A DNA stretch of 63,947 bases, filler included, from Octopus bimaculoides (GCF_001194135.2; 7 parts of 6 records of this genome joined end to end with filler, not necessarily neighbours in it); one strand, 5' to 3'; shown: positions 13,281-26,696, counted from the whole stretch's first letter. Translations and numbers: made by a program. The notes: generated by a model not told the origin, from the letters alone.

Positions 13281-13329
13281 GCTTTGACTGAAGAGACACA
13301 ACCACGTCGAAACTCTGGTGTCTCAAAGT
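13281..13329 (+). ncRNA. Type I hammerhead ribozyme candidate
   Basis: Stem I CTTTGA(13282-87)/TCAAAG(13323-28); CTGAAGA 13288-94; stem II GAC/GTC; GAAA 13309-12; short imperfect stem III; GTC cleavage triplet ending at 13322. Confidence 0.75.
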
Positions 13330-13599
13330 CCTTTACTCTAATGTATCGAATGTATTTTGAACATCCAGTGTTTGAAATGATAAGTTGTTCCCCATGCACA
13401 AAATATAACTGTGGTTAACATATTCAGCATTGAATTTACCGGAACGTATTTACAATAATGATGTTCGTCATTGTCAAAAAAGCAATATATTGAAAAATAG
13501 GACATTTTTATCTATAAATATACATCAGTAAATGATTACGTACTTATCCGTTATGTAGTTAATATATTCAACCACATTATCAACGGTTTCTAATTAAAG

Positions 13600-13770
13600 C
13601 AAAAGGACAGCTGTTTTGACGGGAGGGAGTTAGTTGATATCATTGATCTATTTATTCTGTTTCATCGACCACGAAATGATGAAAGATAAAGTTGACATGA
13701 GGTGCATTTGAACTCAAAACGTAAAGAAGAGGGACAAATAGCGCCAAGTAGGTTTTCCAAAGATTTAAAG
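13600..13770 (-). mobile_element. Family B SINE, decayed
   Basis: ttcatcgaccacgaaatgatgaaagataaagttgac..atttgaactcaaaacgtaaag. Confidence 0.6.
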
Positions 13771-14748
13771 ATCCTTTCAGCTCGATACTTTAAATCACGC
13801 TCTCAATGACAGACACGATATTTTGGGGGATCATTTTTTTAATTTTATTTTTGGACATATCTGACATAACACCCCTACCCTCATTCCATCTTGAATGTAA
13901 TGAAGTTGTACTTAGTTTAGCCAACACGTGTACAGCTATATTTCGTATTATATTAAGATAATATTTAGAATTTAACCTCACATTTTATTGGAAATATTAT
14001 TCTCTCATTTTACGATGTACCTAGCAACAGTCCATATTACACAGTTTCCCAACTCCTACCCTTCTCTATCAACAGACATCTCTAACATTTTCCCGCATAC
14101 TTCTCTTTCAGCATATATTTCTATATATTTTCTTATCCGTCACCACCACCTCTCTGTTTACAAAAGTTAGCACAAAGTTCCATGTTTTTTTGTTTTTTTT
14201 TTGTTTTATCATTCTTCCTATCAATTCTTTCTTCAATTTAGACGTCTGCAAAAGATTATGTTTGGAAATTACTTCGTCCACCAAAAATAGCTGTTTTTTT
14301 CCCACGCTCTTCAATAAGCGGAGGTTCAGATATCATAATGACATCGAATATCGATCATTTAGTTGTAAGCAGACCAATATCGCTTTTTTGTAAAATGAGA
14401 AGTATTTACAAATAATTAACTTGATCCTTCTTTTTACTAATAACTTTGTTTATTGATTCCCCGGAGGTGACGAAATGGTAAATCAGTTCAGGTGAGATTT
14501 GAAATTGTGTCCACTCCGTTTTTTTACTTTCTTCAGAACTCAAATACAACAACCTTCTAAAACATAAAACAGAATGTTCTCTACGCCGAGGAATCTTTAT
14601 AGAAGAGAAGGGGGAGGGTGGTGGTGGTGGTGGTGGTTCTGATGTTCCAGAAATCTCCCTTAAAATAACATGCTAGGCCAAGGGTCGGTAAAGTGGTAAG
14701 TATTGACTTTTTGAGATTGTCTGTGATTGGTTATCCAATAAATAAATA

Positions 14749-14899
14749 CCTGACAGGATTTTGGACATTAACGATGTTTAATTGGGTAGCAAGCTGAATC
14801 TGCAAGAGTTGTGGTAATTCAAAGCCTGACAGGATTTTGGACATTAACGATGTTTAATTGGGTAGCAAGCTGAATCTGCAAGAGTTGTGGTAATTCAAA
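14749..14899. repeat. Perfect 75-bp direct tandem duplication (period 76)
   Basis: cctgacaggatt...gtaattcaaa at 14749-14823 and 14825-14899, identical. Confidence 0.95.
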
Positions 14900-15084
14900 A
14901 CCAAAACTCACTAATTTCCATTCCAATACCGGTGCAATGTTAACTACTATTTACCCAACACATATTTCATATTAAATATTCTAACTATATCCATATGAGT
15001 GAAATTTTATTGTCCTTCATCCATTTTGTTAAATATTTTCATTAATTTGTTTTAAATATTTATTAAAAAAGCAATAACGTCACA

Positions 15085-15437
15085 AAGAGCGTCTATTACA
15101 TGATCTAATCCCCAACACTGACATTTTGTTACGACGATGAGGATTCTGGTTGATCTAATCAACGGAACAGGCTGCTCATGAAATTAATGTGCAAGTGGCT
15201 GAGTACTCTACAGACACGCGTACCTTTAGCGTAATTCTGAGTGAGTTTCAGCGTGATAGAGAATGTGAAGAAGCTGGCCCTTTCATATGTACAGCTCATT
15301 TTTGCCAGCTGAGTGGACTAGAGCAACGTACTGCAATAAAATGTCTTGCTCGTGGACATAGCGCATCGCCAGGAATCGAACTCACGACCTTGCAATCTTG
15401 AGCCGAATATCCTAACCACTAAGCCACGCACCTTCAC
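15085..15437 (-). mobile_element. tRNA-derived SINE, family D
   Basis: Minus-strand head ggcttagtggttaggatattcggc..gtgagttcgattcctgg (A and B boxes), then gagcaagacatttt core. Confidence 0.8.
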
Positions 15438-15924
15438 ACTATCTGAAGAAAACAGAGGAGAGTTACGCTTCATCACGGATACTCTCGAATACCTATCGCA
15501 TAGATCCTCCCGTTATAGATCTGAACTTAGCTTACACAACACCACCAACAATGTCAACAACAAGCCTCACTTTTGAGCAAAACTAAACTACTTCTTCATG
15601 AAGTGACCATCTTGCACAGCAACAATAGCTATTTTTTCTCCGCCGAAGGAACTGTTAAGAATATATTCATACATGTTTCAGTTACCAATACTTGTCTGGC
15701 AGTACTCCTGAGTATGTCTATCTTTATACACAATCTAACACAGCGTTACTATAGCTAATTGTTCCTGTCTAGCCTGGTAGACCTCTGGAGCCCACAACCT
15801 ATTAATGTATTCATACAAATCACGAAAGTCGCCAACGTTTCAAACGAAATATAAACTAACCTAATCCACCTTCTGTTTCTGCCGTGAAACATCAAAGAAA
15901 ATATGCTGAGATTTTGTGTGTGTA

Positions 15925-15978
<54 letters not shown>

Positions 15979-16561
15979 NNNNNNNNNNNNNNNNNNNNNN
16001 NNNNNNNNNNNNNNNNNNNNNNNNNNNNNNNNNNNNNNNNNNNNNNNNNNNNNNNNNNNNNNNNNNNNNNNNNNNNNNNNNNNNNNNNNNNTATATATAA
16101 GATATATATATATATATATACATACGTGTAAAAACACACATACATATATAATGTATATATATAATCCTACACATAAGTATGTATGTATATGTAAATGTGT
16201 ATATATATATATATATATATTGACAGATAGATAATTATATACATATGTTTGTATATAAATATATAATATATCAATAAGTGTAATAATGGTAAACTGACAG
16301 AACTACCATCGAAAATCAAATCGCATAAGAACACACACGCAACACACACACATACACACACACACACGCATACACGCATGCACACACATACACACACATA
16401 CATACCAACATACATAGACACATCTTACTGTTTTGCACGCACATAGAACTCTGAGTAACAGTTTTGTGCAGTTTTCTCTGCTTTAATAAAATAGCTTTGA
16501 TATTCGAACGCCATTTTTTACACCTTGTTTCGTACAAATGTGCTTACTTGCGTATATATTT

Positions 16562-16648
<87 letters not shown>

Positions 16649-16735
16649 AGTAAATATGTAAGGAAAAACAACTTAGACAAGTCAACATACAAAAAATATT
16701 AAATACATTTAATACAAAAAATGTACATGTTTACA

Positions 16736-17101
16736 TAGGTGTAGGAGTGGCTGTGTGGTAAGTAGCTTGCCAACCACATGGTTCCGGGTTCAGTCCTACT
16801 GCGTGGCACCTTGTGTAAGTGTCTTCTACAATAGCCTCGGGACGACCAAAGCCTTGTGAGTTGATTTGGTAGACAGAAACTGAGAGAAGCCCGTCGTATA
16901 TATGTATATATATATATGTTTGTGTGTCTGCGTTTATCCCTCCACATCGATTAACAAACGATGCTGGTGTGTTTACGGCAAAAGAGGCCGATAGAATAAG
17001 TACTAGGCTTCCAAAGAATAAGTCCTGGGGTCGATTTGCTCGACTAAAGGTGGTGCTCCAGCATGGTCACAGTCAAATGGCTGAAACTAGTAAAAGAGTA
17101 A
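16736..17101 (+). mobile_element. Family A SINE, full length
   Basis: taggagtggctgtgtggtaag..ggttcagtcc..caccttgtgtaagtgtcttct..gctccagcatggtcacagtcaaatggctgaaactagtaaaagag. Confidence 0.9.
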
Positions 17102-17301
17102 TGAGTACATAAAAATGTCCGACTTTCACAGAATAGAAATGGTATCAAGAATTAAAGGGGTTGAACAAGAGTTTGACGAGTCCATCAGCTGCTTCTGGGG
17201 GCTTGGTCGTCCAAAATAATGGTTGTAATTTGATTCTATTTTCCGATGACAGAATTAAATTAAAATCATTATGATTAGTTTATAGTGATAGAATGTTCGT
17301 G

Positions 17302-17338
<37 letters not shown>

Positions 17339-17832
17339 GGATCAGGAAAGAACCTATTCCTTGTGCACACACACGCACATGCACACATATACTCACACAG
17401 AGATGAAACGCTGTTTGATTTTTCTTTTCGGGGTTGAATGTTCACAATCCCACTTCCATTGCACACACACACACAAACATACACTCACACACAGACACAC
17501 GCTCACACACACACAGACGCACACTCACACACACACACATTCACGTGACTCCCTTTTATATGCACACACATATACTCACGCAGAGTTGAAATGCTGTTTG
17601 ATATTTTTTTTTAACATAGAACTTCCAACATTTCCAAGCTTGCCATCATCCCTTCCTTATTCATCTATCACCCCTTTCTTTCTCGTTCACATGTTGTGAC
17701 GGAGAAATACACAAGAGTATTAGTATAGTAGAAGATATTAATAGTGAATCAAATTAATACACTTGTCAATGTTTACATTCACATACTTTCCTTGTACACG
17801 CTCACAAATACACACATATACTCACACAGAAT

Positions 17833-18116
17833 CCCATTGTGAGGTTGGCAATGGTAGGTGCTGCTCTGGTGCCCATCGCAATTCCTGATTTTTGGCGGTA
17901 GCAGTTGGTATCAAAAATGAAATGATTATTCTGGAGAGTGAATTTAATTGATTCAATGACGAAGGTTTTGTTTATTCGTTTCGGTATTTCCTCTGGATGT
18001 AGTTCTAGCCAGAATCGAATCGTTGGAGTATAGGTTTATAACATCGAAGGAGTCCATGAGGGATTCTTCCCCGACCCGTTGTTGGAGATGGTTCAGCATG
18101 TCTAAATCATATGTAT
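17833..18116 (-). mobile_element. Penelope-like element reverse transcriptase fragment
   Basis: DLDMLNHL..SLMDSFDVINLYSN, a frameshift, then IRFWLE..IKFTLQNNHFIFDTNCYRQKSGIAMGTRAAPTIANLTMG, the typical PLE Q..G.AMG...P..ANL motif. Confidence 0.85.
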
Positions 18117-18192
18117 NNNNNNNNNNATATATATATATATATATATATATACATCTACGTATATATGAATGCATATATGTATGTATGTATAA

Positions 18193-18225
<33 letters not shown>

Positions 18226-18668
18226 GTGCGTGTATACATATATACGTGTGTAAGTAAATGTATATTTTTGTACGTGTTTTAATTAAATAGTTTGTTTAGC
18301 CAAGGTGGCCAATGTCACATTGCAACACAGTTTTCGCAGTTCAATGTTCTATGTTGTCTGCTCTGCATGTCTTGTTAGTCCCTGTCACGTGTATACCCAG
18401 GGTGTCACTAATTTTGATGTGCTTTCAGTCGACCCAGCATTTCTAAATTGATCATCAGGGCATTTGTGCTTGTTCTGCTTCACTTGTAGTCTTTTGTTGA
18501 CGATGAAACTTGTGCGACAGAAAGCAAAGTATCCAGATGCACTTTTGAGATACTTCCAGGGAAAGCTGTTTCACATATTACAAGTTTTCAGTTGTGCAAC
18601 TACGACCTTTTAAATTCCATATTTAAAAAATAGAAATATTATCTATCTATTTATTATCTATCTATTTA

Positions 18669-18708
<40 letters not shown>

Positions 18709-19521
18709 NNNNNNNNNNNNNNNNNNNNNNNNNNNNNNNNNNNNNNNNNNNNNNNNNNNNNNNNNNNNNNNNNNNNNNNNNNNNNNNNNNNNNNNNNNNN
18801 NNNNNNNNNNNNNNNNNNNNNNNNNNNNNNNNNNNNNNNNNNNNNNNNNNNNNNNNNNNNNNNNNNNNNNNNNNNNNNNNNNNNNNNNNNNNNNNNNNNN
18901 NNNNNNNNNNNNNNNNNNNNNNNNNNNNNNNNNNNNNNNNNNNNNNNNNNNNNNNNNNNNNNNNNNNNNNNNNNNNNNNNNNNNNNNNNNNNNNNNNNNN
19001 NNNNNNNNNNNNNNNNNNNNNNNNNNNNNNNNNNNNNNNNNNNNNNNNNNNNNNNNNNNNNNNNNNNNNNNNNNNNNNNNNNNNNNNNNNNNNNNNNNNN
19101 NNNNNNNNNNNNNNNNNNNNNNNNNNNNNNNNNNNNNNNNNNNNNNNNNNNNNNNNNNNNNNNNNNNNNNNNNNNNNNNNNNNNNNNNNNNNNNNNNNNN
19201 NNNNNNNNNNNNNNNNNNNNNNNNNNNNNNNNNNNNNNNNNNNNNNNNNNNNNNNNNNNNNNNNNNNNNNNNNNNNNNNNNNNNNNNNNNNNNNNNNNNN
19301 NNNNNNNNNNNNNNNNNNNNNNNNNNNNNNNNNNNGATGTACTGTAGTTGACTGGCTGTTCTTTTGTCTTTTATACATACTCCTTTGGACAGCAGCAGTA
19401 GGTGTTTGGCTATTTTTAGAGTTGATGCCAAGTTTATTTTTAGAAATGATGACATTTGAGAGATTTTTTGTGTTTTAGTTATAGGGATAAGATTTTTGAA
19501 CCCCAAGAAAGATTAATTTAA

Positions 19522-19810
19522 TCATTGTTTGTTAAGAGTGGGTTTGAATTTCTTAATAAAGTCCTTTTCTTTGCGTTTTCTCTCAATTTCATTCAGGTTG
19601 TAAAGTTTATGGAATGGAAATATCATAAAAGTTTTACGACCACATGTTGCCACATGGTTTTACTCAGTGGTATTTGGCGGACCTCTGGGTTTTTAATCTG
19701 TTGTCGATGCACACGTGAGCGTTATCTTGTACTTGTTTCTGTCATCAGACTGCGCCTTCACTAGGACAACCGAGTACTTATATTTTGTTTTTACTTCAGA
19801 TATTTCTTCT
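19522..19810 (-). mobile_element. Penelope-like GIY-YIG endonuclease C-terminal remnant
   Basis: RVHRQQIKNPEVRQIPLS / HVATCGRKTFMIFPFHKLYNLNEIERKRKEKDFIKKFKPTLNKQ*, ending in the E..FI..FKP.LN pattern of PLE endonucleases. Confidence 0.7.
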
Positions 19811-19922
19811 ACCAGTCTCTTTACCAACCCGATAAGTTAACTCGAGTTAAACTCACTGACACTGGTTGTTGAGCAGTGAGGAGGGACAACAAGACCACAA
19901 AATCTCACATACATACACACAC

Positions 19923-19958
<36 letters not shown>

Positions 19959-19974
19959 TATATACCTACATGCA

Positions 19975-20027
<53 letters not shown>

Positions 20028-20074
20028 ATATAATATGATATAATATAATATAGTATAATATAGTATAATATAAT

Positions 20075-20395
20075 ACAAAAATAATTGCAGCGTGGAAGAT
20101 GTTTACAAGCCATTTAAAAATGCACACAAAGACCGTTAGATTCACTTCAACATTTAAATTAAATTTGCCAAACTATTTTCATCGCTTTGAGATTGCAACC
20201 TGTTCACTGACAAAATTATATGCTGCATCACGGAATTCCGAGATGCAGCACGGAATTTTGTCAGTGAACAGGTCGCGGTCTCAAAGCGACGAGAATATTT
20301 TGGCAAATTAAATTTAAATGTTGAAGTGAATGTAACGGTTTTTGTGTGTTTCTTAAATGCCTTATAAGCACCTTCCACGCTGCAATTGTTTTTGT
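20075..20395. mobile_element. About 320-bp spacer-less palindrome (fold-back/MITE-like)
   Basis: Arms aattgcagcgtggaag...tgctgcatc and gatgcagca...cttccacgctgcaatt pair around a central cggaattccg (20231-20240). Confidence 0.8.
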
Positions 20396-21689
20396 TTCAG
20401 CGCACGCTCTCAGATCAGGTCACTTGCTATGCAAGTACATCTCCATGATAAAATTCAAAAATACATCAATAAGTATAAGCCATACTACAGAAACTGCCAA
20501 GCCTACCGCGGAAAATTAATGAAGCAAACACCAGTGCACAGACAAACAGACAGACAAACAAACAGTCAGACTGAAAGATGTTCATAACGTAAGAGTTAGA
20601 GAGACGGAGAGTATACATATTCATTTTCTTTTTCTCTCTTTCTCCCTCTCACTCCCTCTCTCTTCTTCTCTTCGAGAATCTTCCACTGATGTACGATGAC
20701 AAAACGCAACCCTCGACCTTCCAACGGGTAGAGCTCTAAGACGCAAATGCTCTAACAGGAGTTAAAGTTTCCGATTTTGTCTCCTTGTACTTGTGTGTGT
20801 GTCGACGTATGTGTACATGTGTATGTGTTACGTTAAGTTAAAACGATTACAAACTCGGACCAAACTCATTTCCCTATCGACCAATAAGTGTACATTTGAC
20901 ATGTACGTGGCCCTTTTTCGCATGACATGTGACAAACGTATGACAGACTCTTTACTGCACTTTTATCTCTTGTGGAACAAACGATCAGGTTTTTGTGTGT
21001 GACCAACAAATTACTGTAAAATTATTAAAATCGGATCAGAAGAATCACTGTGACACAATCTGGCTATTCAAATTATAGGCCCGCTCTCTCTGATGTGCTT
21101 CCATATATTTCCTTCACTTCCGATTTCACTCAACAAGAAGCAGATCAAAATAAGAAGACGAAATATCCAAGATATCGTGTATTAAGACGGAACCTATAAA
21201 CTAATGATTAAAAGCGAAATACTTAAACATTGGTCCACGCTTAGCTTTATTCTCTAAAATACACATACATTTACAGGAAAACATAAAAAGTAAACTACAG
21301 ATATAAAAGAGAAGTTGATTGTTAGAATAATAAATTTGCAAGTCAGTTTCTCCTCTCATTTTGAATTAGCTTGCTTTGCTAATTCTTGTTTTATAAAACA
21401 CATAAACGTCACTAGTTAACCCCCATAATTTTAAGGGTTTATAACCAGCCAAGAACTCATTATTTAAAGCTGTAGCATTGTGGTTGGTTTCTATTATTGT
21501 TATTGCTAAAATAACTGTTACAAATCAGCGTCAGACGACCGCCCGTCTTTCATAATACCACCAAGAAATTCCTTCAATGCAGGCATTATATACAAACAAC
21601 CAGTCAACCAACCAGTCTGTCAGTATTGAGCTATTTTAAACTTGAAAACTCAATGAAATATTACATTCCATTGATTTCAATTCGGCATT

Positions 21690-21951
21690 CTTACAGCAAA
21701 CTGTAACGTCCTCGCCATAAACATCAACCGCGCCACCACCACGGCCAACATCACCACCAACAACACCATCATCTTCGTTGTCATCACTATCTTTCCATCG
21801 TCATCATTACCATCACCATCATCACTATTACTAACAACCTTAGACATCATCATCATCATGATCGTCATCATCACCAGTATCATCATCTTCAGCAGTAGTC
21901 GAACCACCACCATAACCAGCATCATCATCATTGTCGTCATCATCACCGCCG

Positions 21952-21984
<33 letters not shown>

Positions 21985-23270
21985 TCATTATCATCATCGT
22001 CGTCATCCTCATCAGCAGCAGGAACACCTACACCACCACCATCCTCATCATCATCCTCATCAGCATCGTCATCGTCATCGTCATCATCAATATCATCATC
22101 ATCATCATCATCATCGTCGTCGTCGTCGTCGTCATCATCATCATCGTCATCATCATCATCATCATCATCACCACCACCACCACCGTCGTATCCATCCTCA
22201 TCGTCGTCAGCAACATCATCATCACCACCGCCACCATCATCATCATCATCATCATCACTACCACCACCACCACCANNNNNNNNNNNNNNNNNNNNNNNNN
22301 NNNNNNNNNNNNNNNNNNNNNNNNNNNNNNNNNNNNNNNNNNNNNNNNNNNNNNNNNNNNNNNNNNNNNNNNNNNNNNNNNNNNNNNNNNNNNNNNNNNN
22401 NNNNNNNNNNNNNNNNNNNNNNNNNNNNNNNNNNNNNNNNNNNNNNNNNNNNNNNNNNNNNNNNNNNNNNNNNNNNNNNNNNNNNNNNNNNNNNNNNNNN
22501 NNNNNNNNNNNNNNNNNNNNNNNNNNNNNNNNNNNNNNNNNNNNNNNNNNNNNNNNNNNNNNNNNNNNNNNNNNNNNNNNNNNNNNNNNNNNNNNNNNNN
22601 NNNNNNNNNNNNNNNNNNNNNNNNNNNNNNNNNNNNNNNNNNNNNNNNNNNNNNNNNNNNNNNNNNNNNNNNNNNNNNNNNNNNNNNNNNNNNNNNNNNN
22701 NNNNNNNNNNNNNNNNNNNNNNNNNNNNNNNNNNNNNNNNNNNNNNNNNNNNNNNNNNNNNNNNNNNNNNNNNNNNNNNNNNNNNNNNNNNNNNNNNNNN
22801 NNNNNNNNNNNNNNNNNNNNNNNNNNNNNNNNNNNNNNNNNNNNNNNNNNNNNNNNNNNNNNNNNNNNNNNNNNNNNNNNNNNNNNNNNNNNNNNNCACC
22901 ACCACCACCACTACCACCACTACTACTACTACTACTACTAATACCACCACCACCACTACTACTACTACCACCACCACCACCACCACCAACACCAACACCA
23001 CCACCACCACTACTACTACCACTACTACTACTACTACTACTACTTCTTGTAGCTGTCACTGTTACTGTTGTTGTTGTTGTTGCTGTTGCTATTACTCTAC
23101 TGTAATTATTACTGTGGTTGCTGCTGCAATTATAGTTGTTGATGTTGTAATTGTTGTTGTTGCCGTTGCTGCTGATGCTGTTGTTGTTGCTACTGTTGTA
23201 GTTATATGTTTGTAGTAATTGTTGTTCTTGCTATTGTTGTAGTCGCTGCGAATGTAGTTGTTGTTCGTAT
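21690..23270. repeat. Long degenerate trinucleotide low-complexity tract (CAT/CAC/CGT/TAC, then GTT/GCT), gapped
   Basis: Direct; all reading frames are homopolymeric. Confidence 0.9.
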
Positions 23271-23955
23271 TTTATTCACTTAGCTTTTTGTGTTTCTAGT
23301 TCGCCACAACAATCAAATAAAATAGAAATAAAATAAAATAGAAATAAAATAAAAATAAAATAAAATAAAACAGAGAAAAAAAATGACAACCACAACACGT
23401 GCTTGTTGAGCTGCGCGAAACACTTGACGACAATGAAGCGAACGAAGCATCAGCTGGGAGGAGGAGGGNNNNNNNNNNNNNNNNNNNNNNNNNNNNNNNN
23501 NNNNNNNNNNNNNNNNNNNNNNNNNNNNNNNNNNNNNNNNNNNNNNNNNNNNNNNNNNNNNNNNNNNNNNNNNNNNNNNNNNNNNNNNNNNNNNNNNNNN
23601 NNNNNNNNNNNNNNNNNNNNNNNNNNNNNNNNNNNNNNNNNNNNNNNNNNNNNNNNNNNNNNNNNNNNNNNNNNNNNNNNNNNNNNNNNNNNNNNNNNNN
23701 NNNNNNNNNNNNNNNNNNNNNNNNNNNNNNNNNNNNNNNNNNNNNNNNNNNGGGGAGGAGGAGGAAGGAGGGAGGAGGAAGGAAGGAAGAAGAGGAGGAT
23801 AAACTTAGTAAAAGATATCGAGACGATGGGGAGAAGGAGGTAGAATGAAAGAAAGCAGGCGGGAAAAGGAAGATGGGAAGGAGTAAAGAAAGACTATTTA
23901 GAGGGGGAGGAATAGTAATAGAGTGGGTGGGCACAGCAACTGTTGAGTGGGGGTG

Positions 23956-23989
<34 letters not shown>

Positions 23990-24229
23990 CGGAGAGAAAA
24001 AGAAAGAGAGAAAGTGAAAAGAAAGACAGATAAATTACAAAGAGTGAGGAAATTACAAAAAGAAACAAGGAGCGAAGTTGCTTCAAGTAAAACGGTGAAA
24101 CAGCGATTTGGAAAGAGAGAATATTCACACACACACATACACACACATATGTACAAATAGAGGGATAGAGGGGCTATGACGAATGAATGAATGAAGCTTA
24201 TACAAAGAGCACGTAAGTGGAGAGCAAAA

Positions 24230-24491
24230 GATTAAGGAGAGAATGAAGGAAAATAACGGAAAGAGATAGAGGAAGAAAGAGAAAGGAGAAAAGAATGAGA
24301 GAGAAGTGACAAACAAATATGACTGAAAGGGGAATAAAAATGAGCTAAGATTAAGGGACAGCGACTGAAAGAGGGAGATATTTCCGTTGAGAAGGGAGAG
24401 GGAGAGCAAGGACTAGAAATGTAAGGGCCAAACAAAGAAACAGACAACAACAAAAAAGACACAGAGCAAGAATGAAAGAAAAAAAAAGGAA

Positions 24492-24529
<38 letters not shown>

Positions 24530-24543
24530 ACGAAAGAAAGAAA

Positions 24544-24620
<77 letters not shown>

Positions 24621-24800
24621 GAAAAAAGAGAAAAAACATAAGCAAATTACACCAGAGAAGGTAAGAAAGAACGAAAGAAAAGTATAAAAGGAAAAGAACA
24701 GAAAAGAAAGAAAGAAAGAAAGAAAAAAAGAAAAAAAGAAAAAAAGAAAGTAGGAAAGGAAGAAAGGTAGATAGAACGGAAGAAAGAAAAAAAGAAAAGG
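24230..24800. repeat. Purine-rich (GAAA)n tract
   Basis: Direct. Confidence 0.9.
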
Positions 24801-25147
24801 AGAAAACAAGATGCTATTGTCTGGTCTGTTGTGTTGCCAGATGTAAAAGCAATAGAAATCGGATAGAAATGGCGGAAGTGTCTCCAATGTGCACATTCAA
24901 TCAATATATGTTTAAAACACACAATAGAGCAATATTTACCCAACCCAACATTCTCCGACGCAACACCAGCCACAGCCGCTACCTCCGCCACCAGCGCCAC
25001 TACAACAACACCAACCGCAGCCGCCGCCATTATCATCCATCCACCACCGACACAAGTACACATTCGTACATGTATATACATTCATTTATTCATATTCACA
25101 CACACGCGTCTCACTGAATACATACCTACATATACACATAAAGATAT

Positions 25148-25245
<98 letters not shown>

Positions 25246-25443
25246 ATAGCACTCGCAAAAGATTTCCATTCTTTCTCTCTCTCTCCTTCGCTGTATACAT
25301 TTGTATATGTGGGTGCGTGCATGCGTGGATACATACATACATACATACATACATACGTATGTATGTATGTATGTATGTATCCACGCATGCACATACATAT
25401 GTATGTATGTATGTGTATACATATATATGTATATACATACATA

Positions 25444-25479
<36 letters not shown>

Positions 25480-25564
25480 CATATATATGTATATACATAC
25501 ATACATATATATATATATATTTATTTATTTATGTATGTATGTATGTATATACATATATATGTAT

Positions 25565-25598
<34 letters not shown>

Positions 25599-25709
25599 GT
25601 ATATATACATATATNNNNNNNNNNNNNNNNNNNNNNNNNNNNNNNNNNNNNNNNNNNNNNNNNNNNNNNNNNNNNNNNNNNNNNNNNNNNNNNNNNNNNN
25701 NTATATATA

Positions 25710-26603
25710 TTGGGTCATCCCATAAATACTGCGGGTTTTTTTTTTATAGATTTTCTATTATTCAAAATTAAGATAAACAAAGTTCTTTTTTAATCTAAAA
25801 TATACTTTCCTTCAGTTTCTACAATGCTCTTCCAGCTATCTGGTAGACTTGCAAGGCCCCACTTCCAAAGCTCACTTGTTCGTGGCGAAAAATACTCCTT
25901 CCAGTACTGTTGTAACTTCGTCTACAGAATTCATACATTTTCCGTTCAAATGATTTTGAAGACTGTGGAATAAACGATAATCAGATGGGGCAATATCTGG
26001 CAAATGCGACCTTTGGAATGTCATCCTCTCCGTGCGTAGCCGAGCATTATCCAGATGAAGAACACACTTTGTCTTGAAACCAAAGATGGTCATTTTTCTT
26101 CTAGCGCTGGTGTCGAGGAATAGTTGAATGACCAAATACAAGCGTCTCTGCTAGTTCCTCAACAGTTACGATGGCATTTTGTTTCTCCAGGGTTTGCAGG
26201 ACGTCCTCGTCGAGCTCTACAGGCGAGGCTTCAGGACAAGACTCCTCTTCTAGGCTGTAGCTTCTGACTCAGAATTTCTAGAACCACCGTTGACACCGTA
26301 GGTGCATATTGTCCGATCCCTATATGCTACATTAATATACCTCGCACTTTCCGTTGCGTTGTTGCCTTTATTGAACTCGTAAAGCAAAATATGCCGAATA
26401 TTCTCCTTTGTCATTTCCATTGTAACCTTGAAAGAATAACTGTTAAAGTCGAACTACACTCTTCCAAACTTGCACCAAGACTAAAAACAAACTTAAATTA
26501 CTGCCTGATTTTATAGCAAGGTGATGCAGGTAGTTTATCCCGTCCCCCTCCGACTTTTAGTTCATGCAATTGAAAAGGCCGCATTATCTATGAGATGACC
26601 CAA
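25710..26603 (-). mobile_element. Mariner DNA transposon, both TIRs, internally deleted and frameshifted transposase
   Basis: TIRs TTGGGTCATCCCATAAATACTGCGG versus the reverse complement of 26579-26603 (22/25 identical), TA flanks. Minus strand gives MEMTKENIRHILLYEFNKGNNATESAR and PDIAPSDYRLFHSLQNHL. Confidence 0.92.
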
Positions 26604-26619
26604 TATATATATATATATA

Positions 26620-26677
<58 letters not shown>

Positions 26678-26696
26678 CATACATACATACATACAT

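Noticed and set aside
18420-18470. CTGATGA..GAAATGC on the minus strand, between PLE remnants
   Set aside because: Stems I and II cannot be formed; at best a fully decayed HHR.
19725-19760. gcagt-CTGATGA-CA-GAAAC on the minus strand
   Set aside because: No stem I complement; it lies within the PLE GIY-YIG coding remnant.
21858-23105. Long ORFs (415, 336, 343 aa)
   Set aside because: Trinucleotide low complexity plus about 620 N; open in most frames by composition only.
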